From contig OZ024755.1 in assembly GCA_964016885.1 (NCBI GenBank), positions 35,898,001 to 35,962,000 on the forward strand: 64,000 nt of DNA. Reading direction: 5' to 3'. Shown here in pieces: positions 1 through 12,400 of this stretch (positions are counted from its first letter, which is position 1; each line of letters starts with the position of its first letter). The translations under genes and the position numbers were made by a program. The DNA comes from Eledone cirrhosa (lineage: Eukaryota). The notes beneath the pieces are model-generated. The model did no database searches. It had not been told where the DNA came from and worked only from the letters and a program-made list of their open reading frames with translations.

Positions 1-1088
1 TAAATAGATTATAAAGATATAGTCACGCTAAAATAATTGTTTCTACTTTTGGCACAATGCCAGCAATTACCCCAGTGCATTACTGCTACTTTATTATGGC
101 TGAATTTGGTGGCTGTGGACGGTTAATATGTTAACCACTAGGTGGGGTTTTTTTTTGTAACTAAGTATACGCTGTTTTTATGACTGGATAATTGTATTGT
201 AAGGCGGTGAATTAGCAGTCATGAAGATGTCGGGTAGAATGCCTTGTGGTATTCGTCCCACCTCATTGCACACTCTGCATTCAAATCCCGCTGTGGTCAA
301 CTTTGTCTTTCATCCTTTTGAGCTTGATAAAAAAAGTACCAGTCCAGTATTGGGGTCCATTCTCCCTCAATACCTTAATGTAGATATGAACAATATCTTA
401 ATGTAGATATGAGCGGCAGATTACAACTGGTTTTAACAGAAAGAGGTGAGAGAATTCAGGCCGGATACAGCCGGTTTAAATGCTAAAGGGTTAATATAGC
501 TAATATAGTGGTTTATAAAATTTGTTTAGAATTTTTTTTCATTGTCTTCTTTATTCTTAAAATGGTAACATTGAATGGCATTCAGTGTGTGCAAGTTCTC
601 CAATAATTCTTCAAATTAACAACAGTGATGTAAGAAAGCTCACATTAAATATTGGTGACCTTTAGACAAGGCATTCATCTTGCAAGGTTATTTGTCACTC
701 ACTCCTACTCTGTCTTTTACTGTTTCTCATCTCATATAATGTTAATTTCCAATGATAAACGATTTCTAGACAAGCTTTTAAATCTCTGCTAAATAAATAT
801 CATGACTGCCATCCATAGCTCCGTTTGATTCTGTTTCCAGGAGGGGGGTTGGGGCGAAACAAAGAAATAATTTCTGGCCGATATTGATAATTCTATATCG
901 AAATAGAATCTAAAGAAAAATACATCACATCTGCTACGTTAACTGTATGAAAAGTGGAAATATATAATATGTATATTTTGTGTATTAAATCTCTAGCGCT
1001 AAAGTAAGAAAGTTGGTCTTTACACTATTACAAGGAACAGTCTTCTAAAATAGAAACTTATTATTTTACATTATATCTTCTCTGTCTA

Positions 1089-1190
1089 ACTCGCCGAGGT
1101 TAACTTTGCCTTTCATCCTTACGGGGTCGATAAAATAAAGTACCAGTAATGTACTGGGTAATTGCTGGCCTTGTGCCAAAAGTAGAAACG
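1089..1190 (+). mobile_element. 5'-truncated tRNA-derived SINE (family A) with 19-bp TSD
   Basis: Family core gccgaggttaactttgcctttcatccttacggggtcgataaaataaagtaccag. Flanked by the direct repeat attatatcttctctgtcta (1070-1088 and 1191-1209). Confidence 0.9.
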
Positions 1191-1426
1191 ATTATATCTT
1201 CTCTGTCTATGATGCTGTGTGGTTTGGGGGCTTTTTTTTTATGAGCATTGTTCTTGAGCAAGACACTTTATTTCACATTGCTCCAGTTTACTCAGCTGTA
1301 GAAATGAGTTGTCACGCCACTGGTATCAAGCTGTATCGGCCATTGCCTTTCCCTTGGACAACATCATATACAGTGTATATACATTGTATATATATAATGT
1401 ATGTGTGTATATATATACATATATAT

Positions 1427-1790
1427 ATCATCATCACCACCGTTTAACGTCTATCTTCTACGCTAGCACGGGTTAGACAGGAATTGTCCCATTTGAGGCA
1501 AGATTGGTTGGGAGACAGTGTGTCGCCCGTATAGAACTGTTTCTGGCAGGTTTTCTACGGCTGGATGCCCTTCCTAACACCAACCACATTTACAGTGTGG
1601 ACTGGGCGCTTTTTACTGTGTTACCTACACAACCTCTTTAGTTTGGACTGGATGTTCTGTGGTACCAACATAACTTTACAGAGAAAGGGTGGTGTTGGTG
1701 GGAGTGAGTGGATGGGGGTAATGGCAGTGGGTTGGGGTGTATATTTGGTAAAAGGTACCTACTGACTGTAGGTAAACTTTGCATGTAGGG
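1427..1790 (-). mobile_element. RTE LINE 3' UTR fragment (family RTE-A)
   Basis: Reverse complement matches the 3' UTR of the LINE at 26592-27550 (ggaagggcatccagcc...gctagcgt..aagatagacgttaaac followed by GAT repeats). Confidence 0.8.
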
Positions 1791-2182
1791 AAAGCGGAAT
1801 ATATATATATATATATATATATATGTTATCATGTCACTGGTGCCAAGCTGTATCAACCATTGCCTTTCCCTTAGACAACATCGGTAGTATGGACGGGGAA
1901 AAAGTGATATGCATGGCTGACTGGTGATCTTACCCCTGGGAGGGAGTCTTTTCCCTCATATTACATTCATAAAAAATATAAAGAAAGATTGAAAAAAGCT
2001 GAACTCTTTACAAATGTTACAGACATTTGCAGTTGTCCCACTTGAATGTGTGTGTGTGTATGTATATAAATGATGGCGTGTATACACGTGTCTTCTTCAG
2101 CGTTCATTTGCTTCCCTATCTCACTATCCTTTTACTTCTCTCTTTCGTCAATAGCTATACACCTCCTTCAACCCCATATGTT

Positions 2183-2185
<3 letters not shown>

Positions 2186-2279
<94 letters not shown>

Positions 2280-2296
2280 TATATATATATATATAT
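2186..2296. repeat. Compound microsatellite (CT)n(AT)n(AC)n(AT)n
   Basis: Directly visible. Confidence 0.97.
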
Positions 2297-2427
2297 GAAA
2301 AAGTTCTATTTAAAATTGTTGGGATACAACAAGTAAATATTTTTATAACTGATATAAAGCACTCGACAAGTAATTGGAGTAGATATACGATATTAATAAA
2401 TGGAAACTATATTTATAAAACCATATT

Positions 2428-2492
2428 TATTTCATTATACATATTTCAGGGATACCAAATTAAATTATGGTATGCCTTCATCAGACAAAATA
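2428..2492 (-). ncRNA. Minimal type I hammerhead ribozyme motif (mirror copy, sense to MASTL pre-mRNA)
   Basis: Reverse complement of 2617-2681 within the inverted repeat. Confidence 0.65.
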
Positions 2493-2616
2493 CAATATAT
2501 AACACTATGACTTATTAAAATAATATAAACAACTCACTATCCAGATGGCTTCCAAAAATAATGGTTGCATTTTAAAAGGGTACGTCAAAGCTTATTTGTA
2601 AAACTGTTATATATTG

Positions 2617-2681
2617 TATTTTGTCTGATGAAGGCATACCATAATTTAATTTGGTATCCCTGAAATATGTATAATGAAATA
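2617..2681 (+). ncRNA. Minimal type I hammerhead ribozyme motif
   Basis: Stem I tattttgt/atgaaata (8 bp, 2 GU pairs); CTGATGA at 2625-2631; stem II aggcatacca/tggtatccct (9 of 10 paired); GAAA at 2662-2665; short stem III; AUA cleavage triplet at 2671-2673. Confidence 0.65.
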
Positions 2682-2892
2682 AATATGGTTTTATAAATAT
2701 AGTTTCCATTTATTAATATCGTATATATATATATATATATATGGAGTGGATACAGGGATTCAGTGATACACTGCTTCAGAAGAAAGAAAAAGGGAATAAA
2801 AATGTTTGATAGTAACAATTGACCATCTAGAGACCATTATACAATACAAGAAACAGCTTTTAGACTCATTCTCTCTTATATACACATATATA

Positions 2893-3435
2893 TATACACC
2901 AGGTCCAAACACAAAGGAACCAAACTCCCACTGTCACTGCCTCTGTCTCTCCCACTCTCCCCATCTCTCATATACACCAGGTCCAAACACAAAGGAACCA
3001 AACTCCCACTGTCACTGCCTCCATCTCTCCCACTCTCCCCATCTCTCATATACACCAGGTCCAAACACAAAGGAACCAAACTCCCACTGTCACTGCCTCC
3101 ATCTCTCCCACTCTCCCCATCTCTCATATACACCAGGTCCGAACACAAAGGAACCAAACTCCCACTGTCACTGCCTCCGTCTCTCCCACTCTTCCCATCT
3201 CTCATATACACCAGGTCCAAACACAAAGGAACCAAACTGCCACTGTCACTGCCTCCATCTCTCCCACACTCCCCATCTCTCATATACACCAGATCCAAAC
3301 ACAAAGGAACCAAACTCCCACTGTCACTGCCTCTGTCTCTCCCACTCTCCCCATCTCTCATATACACCAGGTCCAAACACAAAGGAACCAAACTCCCACT
3401 GTCACTGCCTCCGTCTCTCCCACTCTCCCCATCTC
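2893..3435. repeat. 78-bp minisatellite, about 7 copies
   Basis: Unit catatacaccaggtccaaacacaaaggaaccaaactcccactgtcactgcctccatctctcccactctccccatctct. Confidence 0.97.
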
Positions 3436-3671
3436 ACACTATTGTAAGGAAATGGGGGCCCAGGTTCTTGCTGCCCCGCGGCCCTGGCAGACAGTTTTCC
3501 TCCACCCTTCTCTATAAAATGTCAAGCCTGACATCAGGTAATCCAATATATCAGGTATCGTATATATGAGATATATAAAGTATACAGAAATTGAATAAGT
3601 ATGAAGTACAGATCATGTGGTTTAAAAAATAGAGGAGAGAAAAAATATATAAAAATAGGTGAAAGGTTTAC

Positions 3672-3834
3672 CATGTTTCTGTTGCATGAGGATCTCAGGT
3701 GCTAAATAATCAGGTGTCCCTAAAACACGTTGTTTATCTGGATGACGAACATAGCGCCGAACACTCTTTGGAGTTCGTAAAGGGGTTGTTTGACCATGAG
3801 TTTCAACATCATGTGGTGTCTGAACAGACAGTCT
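3672..3834 (-). CDS. MASTL: Internal exon of Greatwall/MASTL Ser/Thr kinase (end of the non-conserved middle insert plus subdomain VIII)
   Basis: Minus strand reads ttattacttccag|AGACTG...AAACATG|gtaaac, 163 nt, phase 0 to 1. Translation is RLSVQTPHDVETHGQTTPLRTPKSVRRYVRHPDKQRVLGTPDYLAPEILMQQKH-G. This matches the Greatwall signature TPYRTPKSVRR...RILGTPDYLAPELLL..HG of vertebrate MASTL. Confidence 0.93.
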
Positions 3835-3972
3835 CTGGAAGTAATAATAATAAGGATTACTGATTTAGGCACAAAGTCAACAATTTCGGGGAGGGGAAAA
3901 CTGATTAAATCGACCCCAGTACATTACTGGTACTTTATTTTATCAACTCTATAAATATTCTTATATATATAT

Positions 3973-4305
3973 GGAGGCACATGGTTTAGTGGTTAGAGCA
4001 TTGGCCTTGCAATCGAAAGGTTGTGAGTTCAATTCTCAGACCGGGTGATGTGTTGTTTCCTTGAGCAAGACACTTTATTTCACATTGCTCCAGTTTACTC
4101 AGCTGTATAAATGAGATGATAGGGACGCCAGTCCCTATCATTCCACTGCAAAGTGGCCATGTAGGTGCCACGGCAAAAAAGCACCCAGCACTCACTGTAA
4201 ATGAGGTTGGTGTTAGGAAGGGCATCCAGCTGTAGAAATCAAGCCAGAATCAGTTCCCGTCCCACCCTTGCAAGCAGGGAAAAAGCGGACGTAAAATGAA
4301 GTGAA
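3973..4305 (+). mobile_element. Full-length tRNA-derived SINE (family B, CORE-like) with RTE-derived tail
   Basis: Pol III A box tggtttagtgg and B box gagttcaattc; CORE-like block ttccttgagcaagacacttt; 3' end cccacccttgcaagcagggaaaaagcggacgt is shared with RTE-B copies. Confidence 0.85.
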
Positions 4306-4320
4306 AAAATGTAATGAAAG

Positions 4321-4666
4321 TATTGCTTATTTCAAGATTCACTTCTTTTAAAATTTTCAAATGTCAACACTTCCAGTTAGTGTCGGTTATATCATAACAC
4401 TTATTACATCGCTTGTATAAACATTCATTTATTTGCATCGTTATATAAGGTTTATTATATATGCAGTTTATATATAATATTGTCTTTTTTCTAATGTATC
4501 ATGGATTACTTTACTGAATACATAAGAGAGTGTAACACAGTCTCTCTTCAATTTCTGTGGATATTCTCAATTATGATTTCATTTGACGTATCATATCTAC
4601 AGGTATATATACTTGTGTATAATATCAATATGTACACTATACAGGAAGGGTGGTTTTTCTGCTTGT
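4321..4666 (+). mobile_element. Partial non-autonomous Helitron-like element (family H1)
   Basis: Homologous to 23452-24433, 33985-34655 and 46935-47463. Ends in a degenerate gggtggtttttctgcttgt. Confidence 0.6.
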
Positions 4667-4672
4667 AACCTA

Positions 4673-5070
4673 TAATTGTTTCTGCTTTTGGCACAAGGCC
4701 AGCAATTACCCAGTACATTACTGGTACTTTATTTTAACGACCCCGTAATAATTGTTTCTACTTTGGCACAAGGCCAGCAATTATCCAGTGTATTACTGGT
4801 ACTTTATTTTATCGACCCCGTAATAATTGTTTCTACTTTTGGCACAAGGCCAGCAATTACCCAGTGCATTACTGGTACTTTATTTTATCGACCCCGTAAT
4901 AATTGTTTCTACTTTTGGCACAAGGCCAGCAATTATCCAGTACATTACTGGTACTTTATTTTATCGACCCCATAAGAATGAAAGGCAAAGTTGATCTCGG
5001 CGGGATTTGAACTCAGAATGGCAAGGGCCGTAACTCTATGGGTCAAAGCATGGCATCCGACCCTCTGCCA
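4673..5070 (-). mobile_element. SINE family A with its 3' ~74 bp tandemly repeated 4 times
   Basis: Four copies of taattgtttctacttttggcacaaggccagc...ttttatcgaccccg followed by the SINE body. Confidence 0.88.
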
Positions 5071-5359
5071 AGAGAAATGAAGGGATCAATTTTCCACTAT
5101 TGTCGGTGTGTTAGCCAGATGAAGAATGGTGGTGATTAGCAGAGAAACATTGAGAATTACACCAACATTGAAACATGGATTGATAATGATAATGAGTGGG
5201 GGCCTGTATGGGCATATGTAATCCTAAGGAATTAAGACTTAATTCTAGAGAGTAGAAAAGTGTATACCATGTGCATAAAGATAAGTGCAGGTGTTTGGTA
5301 AATGGTGTGTGTTTCAAAGGAATGAGGTGTGCACGCTTGTGTGCATGTATGTATATATG

Positions 5360-5680
5360 CTTGCATGTGGCCGGTTATGTCTAAGTTGGGCAGGTCTTGG
5401 AAGTCTTCAGGGAAGCCACATACATGGGGGACACTGACAACTGTGGATTGTATGACATTTCTGTTTGTGGGGAGTGTGGCAAAGTTGGTGGACTAAAAAC
5501 GTCATTTGAAAGTGCACCAAAACAGGACTGTAACACCTACTGCAAGAGACCTCCATTGTCGCAGTATCTGAGCAAGAGTGTGTAAGTCCCAAGCAGGACT
5601 AAAAAGCTACGTCCCCACTGCTCTCATGCTTAGGTGTCAAGCGATGGCATCACTTGAAACTGAGTTGCAGCGATCATCAT
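5360..5680 (+). mobile_element. Degenerate RTE-type LINE 3' end with two decayed C2H2-like fingers
   Basis: Frameshifted VCGECGKV..GGLKRHLKVH and SI*ARVCKSQAGLKS resemble the CxxC..CxSxxGLxSH C-terminus of RTE ORFs. Ends in gcagcgatcatcat. Confidence 0.5.
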
Positions 5681-5704
5681 GTGTGAACATATTAATGTCC
5701 TTAC

Positions 5705-5806
5705 AAGTGTGTGTGTACATGCCTGTATCCATGGATGTTGTGCTGATTCAGATATTGGCAAGCTTTCAGTTTGAATGCTCGCTAAAAAGTGAAGAAGCTG
5801 GTTCTT
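5705..5806 (-). CDS. Candidate in-frame cassette exon inside the MASTL intron
   Basis: Long polypyrimidine acceptor ttcttttactttcttctattattctttaccag| and donor CTT|gtaagg. It is 102 nt, phase 0-0 and open (KNQLLHFLASIQTESLPISESAQHPWIQACTHTL). It could be coincidental. Confidence 0.25.
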
Positions 5807-6072
5807 CTGGTAAAGAATAATAGAAGAAAGTAAAAGAACATTAATAGGTGATTGGTTGGTGATCAAAGTCAATTCCAGCTATCCAGTTAGAATAAGGCAC
5901 AGTTGAATCATGTTGTAGTGTAGTGTTTGTGATCATGTAACTGACAGAATATTAACCACTAAAACATTCACTTCAACAGGGAATAATTGCTATGGGAGTA
6001 TTAAAATGTTACTTCATTGATTTTAATTGAAAACAAAAAAAAAAACTGTTTTTCCATTGTTATCACTGTCTG

Positions 6073-6290
6073 AAGGTGATGGATGAGCAGAATTAGTAGA
6101 GCGCCACCCAAAACACTTTGTAGTATTTAGTTAGGACATTTGATGTTGTGAGTTCAAACCCTCCTGAAGTCAACTTTGTTTTTCATCCTTCTGGGGACAA
6201 TAAAATAAAGTAGCAGTTAAGTACTAGGGTTGATATAATCTACTCTCCGCTTCCCAGGAATTGCTGGCATTGTGCCTATATTATAAAGAA
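6073..6290 (+). mobile_element. Old diverged SINE family A copy
   Basis: gagttcaaac...gtcaactttgtttttcatccttctggggacaataaaataaagtagcag. Similar old copies lie at about 202-370, 36690-36815, 41720-41850 and 42765-42968. Confidence 0.75.
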
Positions 6291-6490
6291 TTTTTATCAT
6301 GTCAAGATCACTGTTAAGGAAAGCATTTGTTTGACTGGAGCAATGCTAAGAGTATCATCATTGTCAGAGTAAATCTAATGGACTAGTATTCGGAGTATCA
6401 CAGAATACATCTAATTGACTTAATGACTAAGTTCATTAGCATTAAAGTTTATAACAGATTGAGTCAAAAGATCGTCTACAACTATATCCT

Positions 6491-9400
6491 CATACACCAG
6501 GTCCAAACACAAAGGAACCAAACGCCCACTGTCACTGCCTACATATCTCCTGCTCTCCCCATCTCTCCCACTCTCCCCGGATCTGAACACAAAGGGACCA
6601 AACTTTACATGTTACTGCCTCCGTCTCTCCCACTCCCCCCATCTCTCATATACACCAGGTCCAAACACAAAGGAACCAAACTCCCACTGTCACTGCCTAC
6701 ATATCTCCTGCTCTCCCCATCTCTCATATACACCAGATCTGAACACAAAGGAACCAAACTCCCACTGTCACTGCCTCCATCTCTCCCACTCTCCCCATCT
6801 CTCATATACACCAGGTCCAAACACAAAGGAACCAAACACCCACTGTCACTGCCTCCATCTCTCCCACTCTCGCCATCTCTCATATACACCAGGTCCAAAC
6901 ACCCACTGTCACTGCCTCCATCTCTCCCACTCTCCCCATCTCTCATATACACCAGGTCCAAACACAAAGGAACCAAACTCCCAGTCACTGCCTCCATCTC
7001 TCCCACTCTCCCCATCTCTCATATACACCAGGTCCAAACACAAAGGAACCAAACTTCCACTGTCACTGCCTCCGTCTCTCCCACTCTCCCCATCTCTCAT
7101 ATACACCAGGTCCAAACACAAAGGAACCAAACTCCCACTGTCACTGCCTCCGTCTCTCCCACTCTCCCCATCTCTCATATACACCAGGTCCAAACACAAA
7201 GGAACCAAACTCCCACTGTCACTGCCTCCATCTCTCCCACTCACACCATCTCTCATATACACCAGGTCCAAACACAAAGGAACCAAAAACCCACTGTCAC
7301 TGCCTCCATCTCTCCCACTCTCCCCATCTCTCATATACACCAGGTCCAAACAAAGGAACCAAAAACCCACTGTCACTGCCTCCGTCTCTCCCACTCTCCC
7401 CATCTCTCATATACACCAGGTCCAAACACAAAGGAACCAAACTCCCACTGTCACTGCCTCCGTCTCTCCCACTCTCCCCATCTCTCATATACACCAGGTC
7501 CAAACACAAAGGAACCAAACACCCACTGTCACTGTCTCCATCTCTCCCACTCTCCCCATCTCTCATATACACCAGGTCCAAACACAAAGAAACCAAACTC
7601 CCACTGTCACTGCCTCCGTCTCTCCCACTCTCCCCATCTCTCATATACACCAGGTCCAAACACAAAGGAACCAAACTCCCACTGTCACTGCCTCCATCTC
7701 TCCCACTCTCCCCATCTTTCATATACAGCAGGTCCAAACACAAAGGAACCAAACTCCCACTGTCACTGCCCCTGTCTCTCCCACTCTCCCCATCTTTCAT
7801 ATACACCAGGTCCAAACACAAAGGAACCAAACTCCCACTGTCACTGCCTCCGTCTCTCCCACTCTCCCCATCTCTCATATACACCAGGTCCAAACACAAA
7901 GGAACCAAACTCCCACTGTCACTGCCTCCATCTCTCCCACTCGCCCCATCTCTCATATACACCAGGGCCAAACACAAAGGAACCGAAAACCCACTGTCAC
8001 TGCCTCCATCTCTCCCACTCTCCCCATCTCTCATATACACCAGGTCCAAACACAAAGGAACCAAACTCCCACTGTCAATGCCTCCATCTCTCCCACTCAC
8101 TCTCCCCATCTCTCATATACACCAGGTCCAAACACAAAGGAACCAAAAACCCACTGTCACTGCCTCCATCTCTCCCATTCTCCCCATCTCTCATATATAC
8201 CAAGTCCAAACACAAAGGAACCGAAAACCCACTGTCACTGCCTCCATCTCTCCCACTCTCCCCATCTCTCATATACACCAGGTCCAAACACAAAGGAACC
8301 AAAAACCCACTGTCACTGCCTCCGTCTCTCCCACTCTCCCCATCTCTCATATACACCAGGTCCAAACACAAAGGAACCAAACTCCCACTGTCACTGCCTC
8401 CATCTCTCCCACTCTCCCCATCTTTCATATACAGCAGGTCCAAACACAATGGAACCAAATTCCCACTGTCACTGCCCCTGTCTCTCCCACTCTCCCCATC
8501 TTTCATATACACCAGGTCCAAACACAAAGGAACCAAACTCCCACTGTCACTGCCTCTGTCTCTCCCACTCTTCCCATCTTTCATATACACCAGGTCCAAA
8601 CACAAAGGAACCAAACACCCACTGTCACTGCCTCCATCTCTCCAACTCTCGCCATCTCTCATATACACCAGGTTCAAACACAAAGGAACCAAACACCCAC
8701 TGTCAATGCCTCCATCTCTCCCACTCTCGCCATCTCTCATATACACCAGGTTCAAACACAAAGGAACCAAACTCCCACTGTCACTGCCTCCATCTCTCCC
8801 ACTCTCGCCATCTCTCATATACACCAGGTTCAAACACAAAGGAACCAAACACCCACTGTCACTGCCTCCATCTCTCCCACTCTCCCCATCTCTCATATAC
8901 ACCAGGTCCAAACACAAAGGAACCAAACACCCACTGTCACTGCCTCCATCTCTCCCACTCTCGCCATCTCTCATATACACCAGGTTCAAACACAAAGGAA
9001 CCAAACACCCACTGTCACTGCCTCCATCTCTCCCACTCTCCCCATCTCTCATATACACCAGGTCCAAACACAAAGGAACCAAACACCCACTGTCACTGCC
9101 TCCATCTCTCCCACTCTCGCCATCTCTCATATACACCAGGTTCAAACACAAAGGAACCAAACTCCCACTGTCACTGCCTCCACCTCTCCCAGTCTCCCCA
9201 TCTCTCATATACACCAGGTCCAAACACAAAGGAACTAAACTCCCACTGTCACTGCCTCCGTCTCACCCACTCTCACCATCTCTCATATACACCAGGTCCA
9301 AACACAAAGGAACCAAACACCCACTGTCACTGCCTCCATCTCTCATATACACCAGGTCCAAACACAAAGGAACTAAACTCCCACTGTCACTGCCTCCGTC

Positions 9401-12400
9401 TCTCCCACTCTCCCCATCTCTCATATACACCAGGTCCAAACACAAAGGAACCAAACTCCCACTGTCACTGCCTCCATCTCTCCCACTCTCCCCATCTTTC
9501 ATATACAGCAGGTCCAAACACAAAGGAACCAAACTCCCACTGTCACTGCCCCTGTCTCTCCCACTCTCCCCATCTTTCATATACACCAGGTCCAAACACA
9601 AAGGAATCAAACTCCCACTGTCACTGCCTCCGTCTCTCCCACTTTCCCCATCTCTCATATACACCAGGTCCAAACACAAAGGAACCAAACACCCACTGTC
9701 ACTGCCTCCATCTCTCCCACTCTCGCCATCTCTCATATACACCAGGTTCAAACACAAAGGAACCAAACTCCCACTGTCAATGCCTCCATCTCTCCCACTC
9801 TCCCCATCTCTCATATACACCAGGTCCAAACACAAAGGAACCAAACACCCACTGTCACTGCCTCCATCTCTCCCACTCTCCCCATCTCTCATATACACCA
9901 GGTCCAAACACAAAGGAACTAAACTCCCACTGTCACTGCCTCCGTCTCACCCACTCTCCCCATCTCTCATATACACCAGGTCCAAACACAAAGGAACCAA
10001 ACACCCACTGTCACTGCCTCCATCTCTCCCACTCTCCCCATCTCTCATATACACCAGGTCCAAACACAAAGGAACCAAACTCCCACTGTCACTGCCTCCA
10101 TCTCTCCCACTCTTCCCATCTCTCATATACACCAGGTCCAAACACAAAGGAACCGAAAACCCACTGTCACTGCCTCCATCTCTCCCACTCTCCCAATCTT
10201 TCATATACACCAGGTCCAAACACAAAGGAACCAAACTCCCACTGTCACTGCCTCCATCTCTCCAACTCTCCCCATCTTTCATATACAGCAGGTCCAAACA
10301 CAAAGGAACTAAACTCCCACTGTCACTGCCCCTGTCTCTCCCACTCTCCCCATCTTTCATATACACCAGGTCCAAACACAAAGGAACCAAACTCCCACTG
10401 TCACTGTCTCTGTCTCTCCCACTCTCCCCATCTTTCATATACACCAGGTCCAAACACAAAGGAACCAAACTCCCACTGTCGCTGCCTCCGTCTCTCCCAC
10501 TTTCCCCATCTCTAATATACACCAGGTCCAAACACAAAGGAACCAAACACCCACTGTCACTGCCTCCATCTCTCCAACTCTCGCCATCTCTCATATACAC
10601 CAGGTTCAAACACAAAGGAACCAAACACCCACTGTCAATGCCTCCATCTCTCCCACTCTCGCCATCTCTCATATACACCAGGTTCAAACACAAAGGAACC
10701 AAACTCCCACTGTCACTGCCTCCATCTCTCCCACTCTCGCCATCTCTCATATACACCAGGTTCAAACACAAAGGAACCAAACACCCACTGTCACTGCCTC
10801 CATCTCTCCCACTCTCCCCATCTCTCATATACACCAGGTCCAAACACAAAGGAACCAAACACCCACTGTCACTGCCTCCATCTCTCCCACTCTCGCCATC
10901 TCTCATATACACCAGGTTCAAACACAAAGCAACCAAACACCCACTGTCACTGCCTCCTTCTCTCCCACTCTCCCCATCTCTCATATACACCAGGTCCAAA
11001 CACAAAGGAACCAAACACCCACTGTCACTGCCTCCATCTCTCCCACTCTCGCCATCTCTCATATACACCAGGTTCAAACACAAAGGAACCAAACTCCCAC
11101 TGTCACTGCCTCCACCTCTCCCACTCTCCCCATCTCTCATATACACCAGGTCCAACCACAAAGGAACTAAACTCCCACTGTCACTGCCTCCGTCTCACCC
11201 ACTCTCACCATCTCTCATATACACCAGGTCCAAACACAAAGGAACCAAACACCCACTGTCACTGCCTCCATCTCTCATATACACCAGGTCCAAACACAAA
11301 GGAACTAAACTCCCACTGTCACTGCCTCCGTCTCTCCCACTCTCCCCATCTCTCATATACACCAGGTCCAAACACAAAGGAACCAAACTCCCACTGTCAC
11401 TGCCTCCATCTCTCCCACTCTCCCCATCTTTCATATACAGCAGGTCCAAACACAAAGGAATCAAACTCCCACTGTCACTGCCTCCGTCTCTCCCACTTTC
11501 CCCATCTCTCATATACACCAGGTCCAAACACAAAGGAACCAAACACCCACTGTCACTGCCTCCATCTCTCCCACTCTCGCCATCTCTCATATACACCAGG
11601 TTCAAACACAAAGGAACTAAACTCCCACTGTCACTGCCTCCGTCTCACCCACTCTCCCCATCTCTCATATACACCAGGTCCAAACACAAAGGAACCAAAC
11701 ACCCACTGTCACTGCCTCCATCTCTCCCACTCTCCCCATCTCTCATATACACCAGGTCCAAACACAAAGGAACCAAACTCCCACTGTCAATGCCTCCATC
11801 TCTCCCACTCTCCCCATCTCTCATATACACCAGGTCCAAACACAAAGAACCAAAAACCCACTGTCACTGCCTCCATCTCTCCCACTCTCCCCATCTCTCA
11901 TATACACCAGGTCCAAACACAAAGGAACCAAACTCCCACTGTCACTGCCTCCATCTCTCCCACTCTTCCCATCTCTCATATACACCAGGTCCAAACACAA
12001 AGGAACCGAAAACCCACTGTCACTGCCTCCATCTCTCCCACTCTCCCCATCTTTCATATACAGCAGGTCCAAACACAAAGGAACTAAACTCCCACTGTCA
12101 CTGCCCCTGTCTCTCCCACTCTCCCCATCTTTCATATACACCAGGTCCAAACACAAAGGAACCAAACACCCACTGTCACTGCCTCCATCTCTCCCACTCT
12201 CCCCATCTCTCATATACACCAGGTCCAAACACAAAGGAACTAAACTCCCACTGTCACTGCCTCCGTCTCTCCCACTCTCCCCATCTCTCATATACACCAG
12301 GTCCAAACACAAAGGAACCAAACACCCACTGTCACTGCCTCCATCTCTCCCACTCTCCCCATCTCTCATATACACCAGGTCCAAACACAAAGGAACCAAA

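Larger units (their letters stand above)
2298..2726. mobile_element. Penelope-like pLTR remnant with a 122-bp inverted repeat
   Basis: Arms 2383-2504 and 2605-2726 are reverse complements with a 100-bp spacer, and each arm carries a hammerhead motif. Related copies lie at about 27558-27685 and 54438-54806. Confidence 0.7.

Noticed and set aside
3973-4045. tRNA gene
   Set aside because: A and B boxes are present, but the sequence continues into a SINE body and tail, occurs in multiple copies and does not form a full cloverleaf.
5460-5615. Host C2H2 zinc-finger gene
   Set aside because: The fingers are broken by a deletion, frameshift and stop, and end in a LINE-like tail. It is better explained as an RTE C-terminus.
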